NCBI GenBank assembly: GCA_016794825.1
Contig: JAEUJH010000300.1
Coordinates: forward strand, 4,095-68,094
DNA: 64,000 nt
Direction of reading: 5' to 3'
Source: Gemmatimonadota bacterium
GTDB lineage: Bacteria; Gemmatimonadota; Gemmatimonadetes; Gemmatimonadales; GWC2-71-9
The notes beneath the pieces are model-generated. The model saw nothing but the letters and a program-made list of their open reading frames with translations, searched no databases and had not been told where the DNA came from. This document shows, in pieces, positions 17,201 through 26,400 of the stretch (position 1 is the stretch's first letter; every line of letters starts with the position of its first letter). The position numbers were made by a program, and so were the translations under genes.

Positions 17201-18809
17201 ATACTCGGCCTCGGCGACCGACACCGACCCGACGTTCAACATCACGGGCTGGAACAGCAGCTACACTGGCGAGCCGATTCCCCCGGCCGAGATGCGGGAG
17301 TGGGTGGACACGACGGTCGCCAGGATCGAAGCGCTGGCGCCTCGGCGGGTCCTCGAAATCGGCTGCGGAACCGGGCTCCTGCTCTACCGGATCGCGCCCT
17401 CAGTGGAGCGATACCACGCGCTCGACTTCTCGGCCGCCGCGCTCGGTCGAATCGCCGTCGAGATCGCGAAGCGCCCGGACCTGGCCAGGGTGACCCTGTC
17501 GCGCCGGATGGCCGACGATCTGGCCGAGGTCGCGCCCCGCAGCGTCGACACGGTCATCATCAACTCGGTGTCGCAGTATTTCCCGAGCGTCGAGTACCTG
17601 GCCCGCGTGCTCGAGCAGGCGGCCGATCGCGTCGCGCCCGGTGGTCACCTCTTCGTCGGCGACGTCCGGCACTTCGGGTTCCTGGTGGCCTATCACGGCT
17701 CGGTCCAGTGCGCCCGGGCGGCCTCGACCGCCACCGCGACGGAGCTGGCCGAGCGGGTCCGGCAGCACGCGCTCAACGAAGAGGAGTTGCTGATCGATCC
17801 GGCGTTCTTCGAGGCGCTGCGCGCACGAATTCCCCGGATCACCGACGTCCAGGTATCGGTCAAGCGCGGCGCCGCGGCCAACGAGCTGACGCGGTTCCGT
17901 TACGACGTCACCATGGCGATCGACGGGCCGACCACCGGGACTCCGACCACCTGGTGGCGTTGGGGCGTCGACGTCCAGTCGGAGGCGGACCTCATCGCCC
18001 GGCTGCGAGCCAGGACCGGACCCGTCGGGATCTCGGGAGTCCCGGACGCCCGCCTCGCCACCGAGGCACGGCTGCTCGACTGGCTCCGGGAGCCTCCGGC
18101 GGGCGCGACCGTCGGCGACTTCCGGAACGACCCCGACCGCGACGCCGTCGACCTCGAGGGGTTGTGGCGCGAACTCGAGGCGGGCGGCCACACGGTCGCG
18201 ATCGGGTACGCGGCTACCGGCGAGGTCGGCCGGGTCGATGTCGTGGTTTCACCGCCGGGATCCGGCGTCCAGCCCGGCCTCCCGACGCGAGCCACCGCCC
18301 CCAGGCCGTGGACGACCTTCGGGACGAATCCGCTTCGCGCCAAGGCCGGATCGAAGCTGATTCCCGCGGTCCGCGCCTTCCTCAAGGAACGACTCCCCGA
18401 GTACATGGTGCCGGGCGCGTTCGTCCTGCTCGATCGGCTGCCGTTGACGGCCAACGGGAAAGTCGACCGGCGAGCCCTCCCCGCGCCCGCCGGGTTCCGG
18501 CAGCTCTCCGCTGGCTACGTGGCGCCGAAGGGGGCGACCGAGGAACGTCTGGCGGCGATCTGGAGCGAGGTGCTGGAAGTCGGATCGATTGGCGGGCACG
18601 ACGACTTCTTCGACCTTGGCGGGCATTCGCTCCTCGCGACCCAGGTCGTCAGTCGGGTTCGGGATCAGTTCGGCGTCGAGGTCCCCGTCCGCCTCATGTT
18701 CGAGAACCCGACGGTCGCCGGGTTGGCCCGGGTCGTCGAGGCGGCGTCACCCGCCCGCAAGGAGTCGGCGATTCCCCGGCGTGCCCGCCAAGGACGGCCG
18801 GCGTCATGA
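14286..18809 (+). CDS. NRPS module: C - A(interrupted by N-methyltransferase) - PCP
   Basis: The true start is ATG 14286, overlapping the upstream TGA (ATGA). The ORF-track N-terminus from 12435 is an alternate-frame run-on. C domain LSYAQQRLWF and HHIVSDG. A domain YTSGSTGRPKG, HLYGPAE, YRTGDIVRR, FQVKIRGYRIELGEIE, NGKVD. MT motifs VLEIGCGTGLLL and NELTRFRYDV. PCP motif FFDLGGHSLL (Ser at 18627-18629). Hand code DALFMGLTLK (aliphatic, unresolved). Confidence 0.95.
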   Translation: MTDPRDLAARIAALSPAQREALLARLAPTARAGAAPIPKRTAADRVPLSYAQQRLWFLHQLEPESPAYNMSTTLPLRGTLDPSALERALTTIVARHEALRTRFVAVGGEPRQVVEAPAPLPLPIVDLSSIPPEARATEAARLVAAEGVKPFDLATGPVVRALLVRLTASEHVLTITMHHIVSDGWSRGVLNAELTTLYAAFVDGRPSPLPPLDIQYADFSEWQRRTLQGDELERQLGYWRQQLDDVPLLDLATDRRRPPTPTYAGAAVVARLERPVVDRLKRFGEAEKTTTAIILLAAFKALMQRYTGQTDIVVGSPIANRNRRELEGLIGFFVNSLVMRTDLGGDPSFATVVERVRQTALAAYEHQDLPFEQLVQTLQPRRDPSRHPLFQVMFAVQNAPAAEAALRGLTIEAGELDSSVTRFDLECHVLEQAGELRIALCYSTDLFLATTARRLLDHYVVLIEDALTHPDRPLSQLALLTPDDEAREAATDAAAAPYPADRSIRDLFEARVAERPEAPALIEGSRILSYRELDVRAGALARRLRNLGVTVDTPVGICLPRGADLIVAVVAAIKAGGSYVAIDPDYPTSRMRYLLEDTGTPVVVTVRTFADRLPPWPGTALCLDEPLPEAPPPERAADPGPLSLALIIYTSGSTGRPKGVCLTQRGVVRLVVGTNYITFTPADRVAQAASLTFDASTLEIWGALLNGATLVIIPKDIALAPAALTATLARHEVSVLFLTTALFNQMAESAIGMFGRLRWVMFGGEAADPEAVRRVLREGRPGRLVHLYGPAESTTLATWYPVDDVPERAVTVPIGRPVTNTSVFVLDAALRPVPTGVPGELHVGGDGLARGYLNHAELTAERFVEDPVRGRLYRTGDIVRRRDDGALEFVGRRDFQVKIRGYRIELGEIETTMTTHPGVAESVVIARDQANGERQLVAYLVPRDEDGADDTGTRADWENERVDTWRALYDETYSASATDTDPTFNITGWNSSYTGEPIPPAEMREWVDTTVARIEALAPRRVLEIGCGTGLLLYRIAPSVERYHALDFSAAALGRIAVEIAKRPDLARVTLSRRMADDLAEVAPRSVDTVIINSVSQYFPSVEYLARVLEQAADRVAPGGHLFVGDVRHFGFLVAYHGSVQCARAASTATATELAERVRQHALNEEELLIDPAFFEALRARIPRITDVQVSVKRGAAANELTRFRYDVTMAIDGPTTGTPTTWWRWGVDVQSEADLIARLRARTGPVGISGVPDARLATEARLLDWLREPPAGATVGDFRNDPDRDAVDLEGLWRELEAGGHTVAIGYAATGEVGRVDVVVSPPGSGVQPGLPTRATAPRPWTTFGTNPLRAKAGSKLIPAVRAFLKERLPEYMVPGAFVLLDRLPLTANGKVDRRALPAPAGFRQLSAGYVAPKGATEERLAAIWSEVLEVGSIGGHDDFFDLGGHSLLATQVVSRVRDQFGVEVPVRLMFENPTVAGLARVVEAASPARKESAIPRRARQGRPAS
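17115..18375 (+). other. N-methyltransferase domain inserted between A8 and A9/A10
   Basis: About 420 aa inserted after LVAYLVPR and before LPEYMVPGAFVLLDRLPLTANGKVD. It contains FNITGWNSSYTG, the SAM motif VLEIGCGTG and the N-MT motif NELTRFRYDV. Confidence 0.85.
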
Positions 18810-21800
18810 CGGCGATGGACACCTTCCCGCTGTCGTTCGCGCAGCGGCGGCTCTGGTTCGTGCATCGGCTCGAACCCGCCAGCTCCGCGTACAACGTCCC
18901 GTTGGCACTTCGGCTCCGAGGACCGCTCGACATCGCCGCGCTGGAACGGGCGCTGGCGACCATTCAGGCCCGCCACGAGTCGCTGCGGACCACCTTCCGA
19001 GAAATCGACGGTGAGCCCGTCCAGGTCATCAACCCGGAGGTCACGTTCCGCCTGGCGGTCGTCGATCTGCGAGCGATCGCGATCGAGAAGCGCGAGGAGG
19101 ATCTGGCCGCGCGGCTCCGGGCCGAGACCCACCGGCCCTTCGACCTCGCGGTCGATTCGGTCCTCCGGGCGACGGTGTTCCACCTCGCCGAGGGCGAGGC
19201 CGCCCTCGTGGTCGTCATGCACCACATCGCCGCGGATGGCTGGTCGATGGGCGTCCTGGTCCGGGAGTTGTCGACGCTCTACCAGGCCTTCACGACCGGT
19301 CGCGACGCGGCGCTCCCCGAACTGCCGATTCAGTACGCCGACTTTGCCGTCTGGCAGCGGGAGTGGCTCGACGCCGGCGAGCTGACCCGACAGCTCGACT
19401 ACTGGCGATCGGCGCTGGCCGATCTGCCGACAGTCGAACTCCCGACCGACCGGCCGCGCGGCCGGTGGGCCCCGACCGCCGGTGGGACGATGGGCGTGGC
19501 CGTACCTGACGCGACCGCGGTCGGGATCCGGCGGATCTGCCGGGAGCAGTCGGCCAGCACGTTCATGCTGATGCTGGCCGCCTTCAAGGTATTGCTCCAG
19601 CGGTACACCGGTCAGACCGACCTGGTCGTCGGATCCCCGATCGCCAACCGCCACCGGACCGAGACGGAACCGCTGATCGGCTTTTTCGTCAACAACCTGG
19701 TCCTCCGCACCGATTGCTCGGGCAACCCGACGTTCCTCGAACTGCTGGCCCGGGTTCGGGCGGCGACGCTGGCCGGGTACGCGAACCAGGACATGCCGTT
19801 CGAGCAACTGGTGGAGATCCTCCAGCCGGATCGGGATCCCAGCCGCAACCCGCTCTTCCAGATCTCGTTCGCCGGCCAGAACGTCGCCATCGGCGCGTTC
19901 GAGTTCGGGCGGGTATCGGCCCAGCTCCAGCCGATCGACCTGCCGAACACCCGATTCGATCTGGAGGTGTTCGTCTGGGAGGCAGACCCCGGCATCTCGG
20001 TGCAGTTCAACTTCAGCGCCGACCTCTTCGACCCGGCCACCGTCGCGCGGATGGCGGACCGCTACCGAGTCCTGCTCGACGCGATCGTGGCCGACCCGAC
20101 GAAGCGAATCGAGCAGATTCCGCTGCTCGCGCCGGACGAACTCGACCTCCTGCTCCACCGCTGGAACGCCACCGCCGCCCCGGGCATGGCGGTGGCGCCC
20201 CTGCCGGCGCTGTTCGAGGCCCAGGTCCGCCTGACACCCGACGCCGGGGCGGTCGTGACCCGGGACGGTACGCTGACCTATCGCGAACTCAACGAGCGGG
20301 CGAACCGCGTGGCCCACCGACTCCGGGCCCTCGGCGTCCAACCGGACGACGTGGTCGGCCTGGCCACGGGCCGCTCGCTCGAGATGGTCGTCGGTCTGTT
20401 CGGCATCAGCAAGGCCGGTGGCGCCTACCTGCCGCTCGACCCGACTCACCCGGTCGACCGCCTGCGGTTCGTCCTGGACGACGCGAAGCCTCCGGTGGTG
20501 GTCGTCGACGAGCCCGGCCGGGCCGCGCTGCCCAGCCTGAGCGCGACGATGGTATCCCTGGCCGATCCCGCCCTGGCCGGTGAGGCCGCGATCGATCCGG
20601 CGCCGGTGGCGGAGCTCGACCACCTCGCCTACGTGCTCTATACGTCAGGATCCACCGGCCGGCCGAAGGGCACCCTGATCACGCACGGCGGCCTGGCCAA
20701 CTACCTGGTTTGGGCCAAGGAGTTCTACCGCGCCGGGGAGGGCACCGGTTCGATCGTCCACTCCCCGCTCGGCTTCGACCTGACGGTCACCAGCTTGCTG
20801 CTGCCGTTGATCGCGGGCCAGCGCGTCCAGCTGCTGCCCGAGGACGACGACGTCGCGGCCCTGGCGGAGGCGGTGCTGGCTGGAACGGACGCCACGCTTC
20901 TCAAGCTCACCCCGGCGCACCTGTCGCTGCTGGAACACCAGATTCCGTCCGATCGGGCCGCCGGGTTGGTCCGTCGGTTCGTGATCGGCGGGGAAAACCT
21001 CCGCTGGAACCAGCTGACCCACTGGCGGCGCCATGCCCCGGACACCCGGTTGATCAACGAGTACGGTCCGACGGAAACGGTGGTCGGCTGTTGCGTGTAC
21101 GACGCGGCGATCGACTCCATCCCCGAGGGCAACGTCCCAATCGGCCGACCGATCGCGAACACCCAGCTCTATGTGCTCGACGCCCGGCGGCAACCGGTGC
21201 CGATCGGTATCCCGGGCGAGTTGTACATCGGAGGCGCGGGCGTCGCCCGCGGCTACCTGAACCGACCCGATCTGACTCGCGATCGGTTCATTCCGAACCC
21301 GTTCAACGACGTGCCCGGGGCCCGGCTCTACCGGACCGGAGACAAGGTTCGGTACCGCCCGGACGGCGTCCTGGAGTTCCTGGGCCGCCTCGACGATCAG
21401 GTCAAGATCCGCGGATACCGGATCGAGTTGGGCGAGATCGAGGGCGTCCTGAGCGAGCATCCGTCGGTCGAGGAGGCCGCGGTGCTGGCGCACGAGGCGG
21501 GCGTCGACGATCGGCGGCTGGTGGCGTTCGTCTCGGGGCGGACGGAGCCGGATGGCGAGGCGGAGGTTGCCCCGCTGTCGGCGGCGCAGGTCACCGAGTG
21601 GCGGCGGGTCTACGAAGATCTGTACGCGGCGCCCGGCACCGACGACCCGGCATTCGACATCGCGGGGTGGAACAGCAGCTTCACCGGCGAGGCCATCCCC
21701 GCCGTGGAGATGCGCGAGTGGATCGACGACCTGGTGGCTCGGGTCATGGAGCAGCCGCCAGGCGACGTGCTCGACGTGGGGTGCGGCACCGGCCTGATCC

Positions 21801-23218
21801 TGTTCCGCGTCGCCCCACGGGCCCGATCCTACACCGGCCTCGACTTCTCGGCACCCGTCATCGAGCGGCTCGAGCGCCAGCTCGCCGGCCGGGCCGACCT
21901 CGGATCCGTCCGCGTCCTCAATCGGACCGCCGGCGAGCTCGGGGCTCTGCCGGCCGGCCAGTTCGACACCATCATCATCAACTCGGTGATCCAGTACTTC
22001 CCGGGCGTGGACTACCTGACCGCGGCGCTCGACGATGCCGCTCGTCTGCTTCGGCCGGGCGGACGGATCATCGTGGGTGACGTACGGAGCCTTCCACTCC
22101 TCGAGGCGTTCCATCTGGCGATCGACCTGGGGCGAACAGACCCGAGCACGCCGGCCGACGACCTGGCGGTCCGCCTCCATCGAAACGTCCTGCGGGAGAA
22201 GGAACTGGTCATCGATCCTCGGTACTTCCGCGCCTGGCTCGACGCCCGGGGCCTTTCCGGCGAGGTCGCAATCCTCCCGAAGCGAGACCGCCGGACCAAC
22301 GAGCTGACCGTCTACCGTTTCGACGCGATCGTCCGGATCGGCGCCGCAACGAAGCCCGACGACTCGGTGGAATGGCTGACGTGGCAGGATGAGGGAACGT
22401 TGGCGCTCGCCCGTCGACGTCTTGCCCAGCCGGGCGGGGGCGATATCGGGATCCGGGGCGTTCCCAACGTTCGGGTCGCGGGACAACTCGCCGCGGTCGA
22501 GGCGCTGGCGGGACTGACGCGACCCGCGACGGCGGCGGACCTCGCGGCCCTGGCCACTCGACCGATCGGCGCGGATCCAGAGGACCTCTGGCAGTTGGCC
22601 GCCGATCTCCCCTGCCAGCCCGAGGTCAGGTGGGACGGCGCCGGGACCATGACCGTGCGGTATCGTCGAGGCGATCGGCCGGCGGCCGAAGCAGGCCCGG
22701 CGGCGGAGCCGCGACCGACCGACCTCACTCGCTTTGCGAACAACCCGCTACTCGCCAAGCAGGGCGAGGCGCTGGTGGCCGACCTGCGGGCTCGCCTGGC
22801 CGCCCGGCTCCCGGAGTACATGATCCCCGGCAGTATCGTCGTGCTGGACCGCCTGCCGCTCACCTCCAACGGCAAAGTGGACCGCCGGGCGCTCCGCGCC
22901 ATGGCCGATCGACCGACCGCCACGGCGTTCGTGCCACCGGCCACCGACCTCGAGCGACAACTCGCCGACATCTGGCGCGAGGTGCTCGAGGTCGATCGCG
23001 TCAGCGCCGCGGCCAGCTTCTTCGAACTCGGAGGCCACTCCCTCCTGGCCACCCGGGTGAGCGCCCGGATCCGGGAGCGTCTCAGGATCGCCGTTCCGCT
23101 CCGGGCGCTGTTCGAGCACCCGACCATCCAGTCCTTGGCGACCCATCTCGATACGACGCGGTGGGCGACCACGGCGGCCACGACGGTCGCCGCCGGTTGG
23201 GAGGAGGGCGAACTGTGA
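18806..23218 (+). CDS. NRPS module: C - A(Asn-like, interrupted by N-methyltransferase) - PCP, C-terminal docking peptide
   Basis: ATG 18806 overlaps the upstream TGA (ATGA). C domain LSFAQRRLWF and HHIAADG. A domain YTSGSTGRPKG, NEYGPTE, YRTGDKVRY, NGKVD. MT motifs VLDVGCGTGLIL and NELTVYRFDA. PCP motif [10 protein letters not shown] (Ser at 23039-23041). Hand code DLTKVGEVGK, 9 of 10 identical to the Asn code DLTKLGEVGK. The protein ends ...TRWATTAATTVAAGWEEGEL. Confidence 0.95.
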   Translation: MTAMDTFPLSFAQRRLWFVHRLEPASSAYNVPLALRLRGPLDIAALERALATIQARHESLRTTFREIDGEPVQVINPEVTFRLAVVDLRAIAIEKREEDLAARLRAETHRPFDLAVDSVLRATVFHLAEGEAALVVVMHHIAADGWSMGVLVRELSTLYQAFTTGRDAALPELPIQYADFAVWQREWLDAGELTRQLDYWRSALADLPTVELPTDRPRGRWAPTAGGTMGVAVPDATAVGIRRICREQSASTFMLMLAAFKVLLQRYTGQTDLVVGSPIANRHRTETEPLIGFFVNNLVLRTDCSGNPTFLELLARVRAATLAGYANQDMPFEQLVEILQPDRDPSRNPLFQISFAGQNVAIGAFEFGRVSAQLQPIDLPNTRFDLEVFVWEADPGISVQFNFSADLFDPATVARMADRYRVLLDAIVADPTKRIEQIPLLAPDELDLLLHRWNATAAPGMAVAPLPALFEAQVRLTPDAGAVVTRDGTLTYRELNERANRVAHRLRALGVQPDDVVGLATGRSLEMVVGLFGISKAGGAYLPLDPTHPVDRLRFVLDDAKPPVVVVDEPGRAALPSLSATMVSLADPALAGEAAIDPAPVAELDHLAYVLYTSGSTGRPKGTLITHGGLANYLVWAKEFYRAGEGTGSIVHSPLGFDLTVTSLLLPLIAGQRVQLLPEDDDVAALAEAVLAGTDATLLKLTPAHLSLLEHQIPSDRAAGLVRRFVIGGENLRWNQLTHWRRHAPDTRLINEYGPTETVVGCCVYDAAIDSIPEGNVPIGRPIANTQLYVLDARRQPVPIGIPGELYIGGAGVARGYLNRPDLTRDRFIPNPFNDVPGARLYRTGDKVRYRPDGVLEFLGRLDDQVKIRGYRIELGEIEGVLSEHPSVEEAAVLAHEAGVDDRRLVAFVSGRTEPDGEAEVAPLSAAQVTEWRRVYEDLYAAPGTDDPAFDIAGWNSSFTGEAIPAVEMREWIDDLVARVMEQPPGDVLDVGCGTGLILFRVAPRARSYTGLDFSAPVIERLERQLAGRADLGSVRVLNRTAGELGALPAGQFDTIIINSVIQYFPGVDYLTAALDDAARLLRPGGRIIVGDVRSLPLLEAFHLAIDLGRTDPSTPADDLAVRLHRNVLREKELVIDPRYFRAWLDARGLSGEVAILPKRDRRTNELTVYRFDAIVRIGAATKPDDSVEWLTWQDEGTLALARRRLAQPGGGDIGIRGVPNVRVAGQLAAVEALAGLTRPATAADLAALATRPIGADPEDLWQLAADLPCQPEVRWDGAGTMTVRYRRGDRPAAEAGPAAEPRPTDLTRFANNPLLAKQGEALVADLRARLAARLPEYMIPGSIVVLDRLPLTSNGKVDRRALRAMADRPTATAFVPPATDLERQLADIWREVLEVDRVSAAASFFELGGHSLLATRVSARIRERLRIAVPLRALFEHPTIQSLATHLDTTRWATTAATTVAAGWEEGEL
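21540..22780 (+). other. N-methyltransferase domain inserted between A8 and A9/A10
   Basis: Insertion after LVAFVSGR and before LPEYMIPGSIVVLDRLPLTSNGKVD. It contains FDIAGWNSSFTG, VLDVGCGTG and NELTVYRFDA. Confidence 0.85.
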
Positions 23219-23249
23219 CGCCCCGGCGCGCCACCCGGAGGCAGCGGCC

Positions 23250-23408
23250 GTGAACCTCGCGGCGCTCGTCGCGCAGCTCCGCGAGCTCGGCGTAACGCTG
23301 TGGCTCGAGGGCGATCGGCTCCGCTTCGCGGCACCGCCCGGGCGGCTCACGCCCGAGTTGCGGGAGGCCATGAAGCAGCACCGCCAGGAGCTGGTCGAAC
23401 TCCTGGCC
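23250..23408 (+). other. N-terminal beta-hairpin (TubC-type) docking domain
   Basis: MNLAALVAQLRELGVTLWLEGDRLRFAAPPGRLTPELREAMKQHRQELVELLA matches the TubC N-terminal docking pattern (L..L...GV.LW.EGD.LR..AP.G.LT.ELR..L..HK.EL..LL). Confidence 0.8.
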
Positions 23409-26400
23409 ACGGCCGCTGGCGCCGAGGTCGCGGCGTTGCCGCCGGCCGACCGCAACGGCCCGCTGCCGCTCAGCTTTGCCCAGCAGCGGCTCTGGCTGTT
23501 GGACCAGATGGTGCCGGACCGGGGCGTGTACAACATGGCCACCGCGGTCCGCCTGGTCGGTCCGCTCGATCGGCCCGCGCTGGAGCGGGCCGTCCTCGAG
23601 GTTCAACGCCGGCACGAGAGCCTCCGGACGACGTTCCAGCTCGATGCCGGGCGTCCAGTACAGCGGATCGCCGGGGACGGCGTCCCGGCGATGGTGTTGG
23701 ACTGGAGCGCGGAAGTTGGGACCCCGGGGCTCGGTGGCGGCCGGCTGGTCGACGAGCGGCTGGTGGCGCTCGCCTCGGAGTCGTACCGGCAGACCTTCGA
23801 CCTCGCCCGCGGCCCCCTGTTCCGCGCGACGATCGTCGTCCTCGGGCCCGAGGAGCACGCCCTGCTGCTGGCGTGCCATCACATCGTGAGTGACGGCATC
23901 TCGGAGCAGATCGTCTTCGGCGAATTGGCGGTGCTGTACGCGGCCTTCGCGGCGGGCCGGGAGTCGCCCCTGGCGCCCCTCGCGCGACAGTATGCCGACT
24001 TCGCGAGTTGGCAACGGGGTCAGCAGGCCGGCGGCGAACTCGAACGGCAACTCGAGTATTGGACTCGACGTCTGGCCGGCGCGCCCGCGATGCTCGAGTT
24101 GGCCACCGATCGCAAGCGCCCCGCGGTCCGGACGTTCCACGGGGCCACCGCGCCGTTCGCGTTGTCGGCGGAGACGAGCCGGGCCATCGACGGGTTCGCG
24201 AGGGACCATGGTGCCACGCCGTTCATGGCGCTGCTCGCCACGTTCGGGGCCCTGCTCCAGCGGTTCGCGCGCCAGGATGACATTCTGGTCGGGTCGCCCC
24301 TGGCCGGTCGGGATCGGTCGGAACTGGAGCCGATGGTCGGCTTCTTCGTCAACACTCTCGTGCTCCGGATCGAGCTGACCGGACAACCGACCGGGCGGGA
24401 CCTCCTCGCGCGGGTGCGCGAAACCGTGCTCGGCGCGTTCGGCCACGCCGACGTGCCGGTCGAGCAGGTGGTGGAAGCGCTCCGGATTCCCCGCCGACTG
24501 GACGCCAACCCGCTCTTTCAGGTGATGTTCGGCCTGGAACCGCCCGCAGGCCCTCCGGCGCCGTTCGGAACCTGCCGGGTCGAGCCGATCGGTTTCCAGG
24601 GATCGGTGGCCAAGTTCGATCTGACCTGGTCGATGGCCCCGACGGCGACCGGCTACGCCGGCGTCGTCGAGTACAACACCAATCTGTTCGACCGGACGAC
24701 CATCGACCGAATGATCGAGGTCTTCCGGGCGCTCGCGGACGGGATGGCCCGCCGACCGACGGTTCCGATTGCCGAGCTTCCGCTCCTCGATCCCGCGGCC
24801 CGCTCGACCCTGCTCGCCCTGGGCCAGGGGTCGTCATCCCGGTACCCCGAGGATCCGGCACCACGGCTGTTCGAGGCCTGGGTCCGGCGGTGTCCCGACG
24901 CCATCGCCGTCGAGTACGATGGCGTCGAGGTGACGTATCGAGAGCTCAACGCGCGGGCCAATCGGCTGGCCCGGTTCCTTCGGGCCCGCGGCATCGGTCC
25001 GGACGTGCCGGTGGCGCTCTGCCTGCCCCGGGGCGTCGACCTGATCGTCGCGATGCTGGGCACGCTCAAGGCCGGAGGCGCCTACGTCCCGCTCGATCCC
25101 GAGCATCCCGCCCCCCGGCAACGGCACGTTCTCGCCGATACCGGTGCCCCCCTCGTGCTCACGACCGAGGCGCTGGCCGATTCGCTCGGGGTCGACATCG
25201 CCAGCCGTCGGTTCCGCCTCGATGCGGACTGGGATCAGGTCGCGGGCGAGTTGCCGGACGACCTCGAGCCGATCACCGGGCCGGAGCACCTGGCGTACGT
25301 CATCTACACCTCGGGATCGACCGGGAAGCCCAAGGGCGTCGCGGTGCCGCTCCGCGCCATCAATCGGCTGGTGTTCGAGACGAACTACGTCGACCTGGCG
25401 CCGGCCGATCGGGTGGCCCAGGCGGCGAGCGCCACGTTCGACGCCGCCACGTTCGAGATCTGGGGTGCCCTGCTCCATGGCGCTCGCGTGGTAGGCATCC
25501 CGCGCGACGTGTCACTCGACCCGGCACGCCTGGTCGCGACGCTTCGCGAACGGCAGGTCACGATCCTGTTCCTGACCACGGCGCTCTTCAACCAGGTCGC
25601 CCGGCTGATCCCCGATGGGTTCCATCACCTGCGGTACCTCCTGTTCGGGGGCGAGGCCGTGGATCCGAAGTGGGTCCGCGCCGTGCTGGAGGCGGGGGGA
25701 CCGACGCAGCTGCTCCACGTGTACGGGCCCACGGAGTGCACCACGTTCGCGACCTGGTGGCCGGTGACCGAGGTGTCCCCGGACGCGACCACCGTCCCGA
25801 TCGGCCATCCGATCGCGAACACGGTGGCCCACGTCCTCGACGCCAAGCGGGAACCGGTGCCCCTGGGCGTGCCGGGAGAGTTGTACCTGGGCGGGGATGG
25901 TCTGGCCCGGGAGTACCTGAATCAGCCGGAACAGACGGCGGCTCGGTTCGTTCCGAACCCGTTTGGACCCGGCCGCCTGTATCGCACGGGCGATGTGGTG
26001 CGGCGCCGACCCGACGGCGCCATCGAGTTCCTCGGCCGGGTCGACTTCCAGGTCAAGATCCGCGGTTTTCGGGTGGAACTGGGCGAGATCGAGGCCGCGT
26101 TACTCGAGATCCCCGGGATCCACGAAGCCGTCGTCATGGTCCGCGAGGACGTTCCGGGTGACCGGCGGCTGGTCGGGTACTACGCGGCCGATCCGTCGGT
26201 GGCTCCAGCGTCGCTCCGAACGACCCTTCGGGACCGATTGCCGGGGTACATGGTGCCCGGGGCGTTGGTGCCGATGCCGTCCCTCCCGCTCAACGTCAGC
26301 GGCAAGGTCGATCGCGCCGCCCTGCCACCGCCCGATCACCGGGTCGAGGCGGAACCCGCGGTCGGACCTCGCACCGATCTCGAGGGGACCGTCGCGGCCA

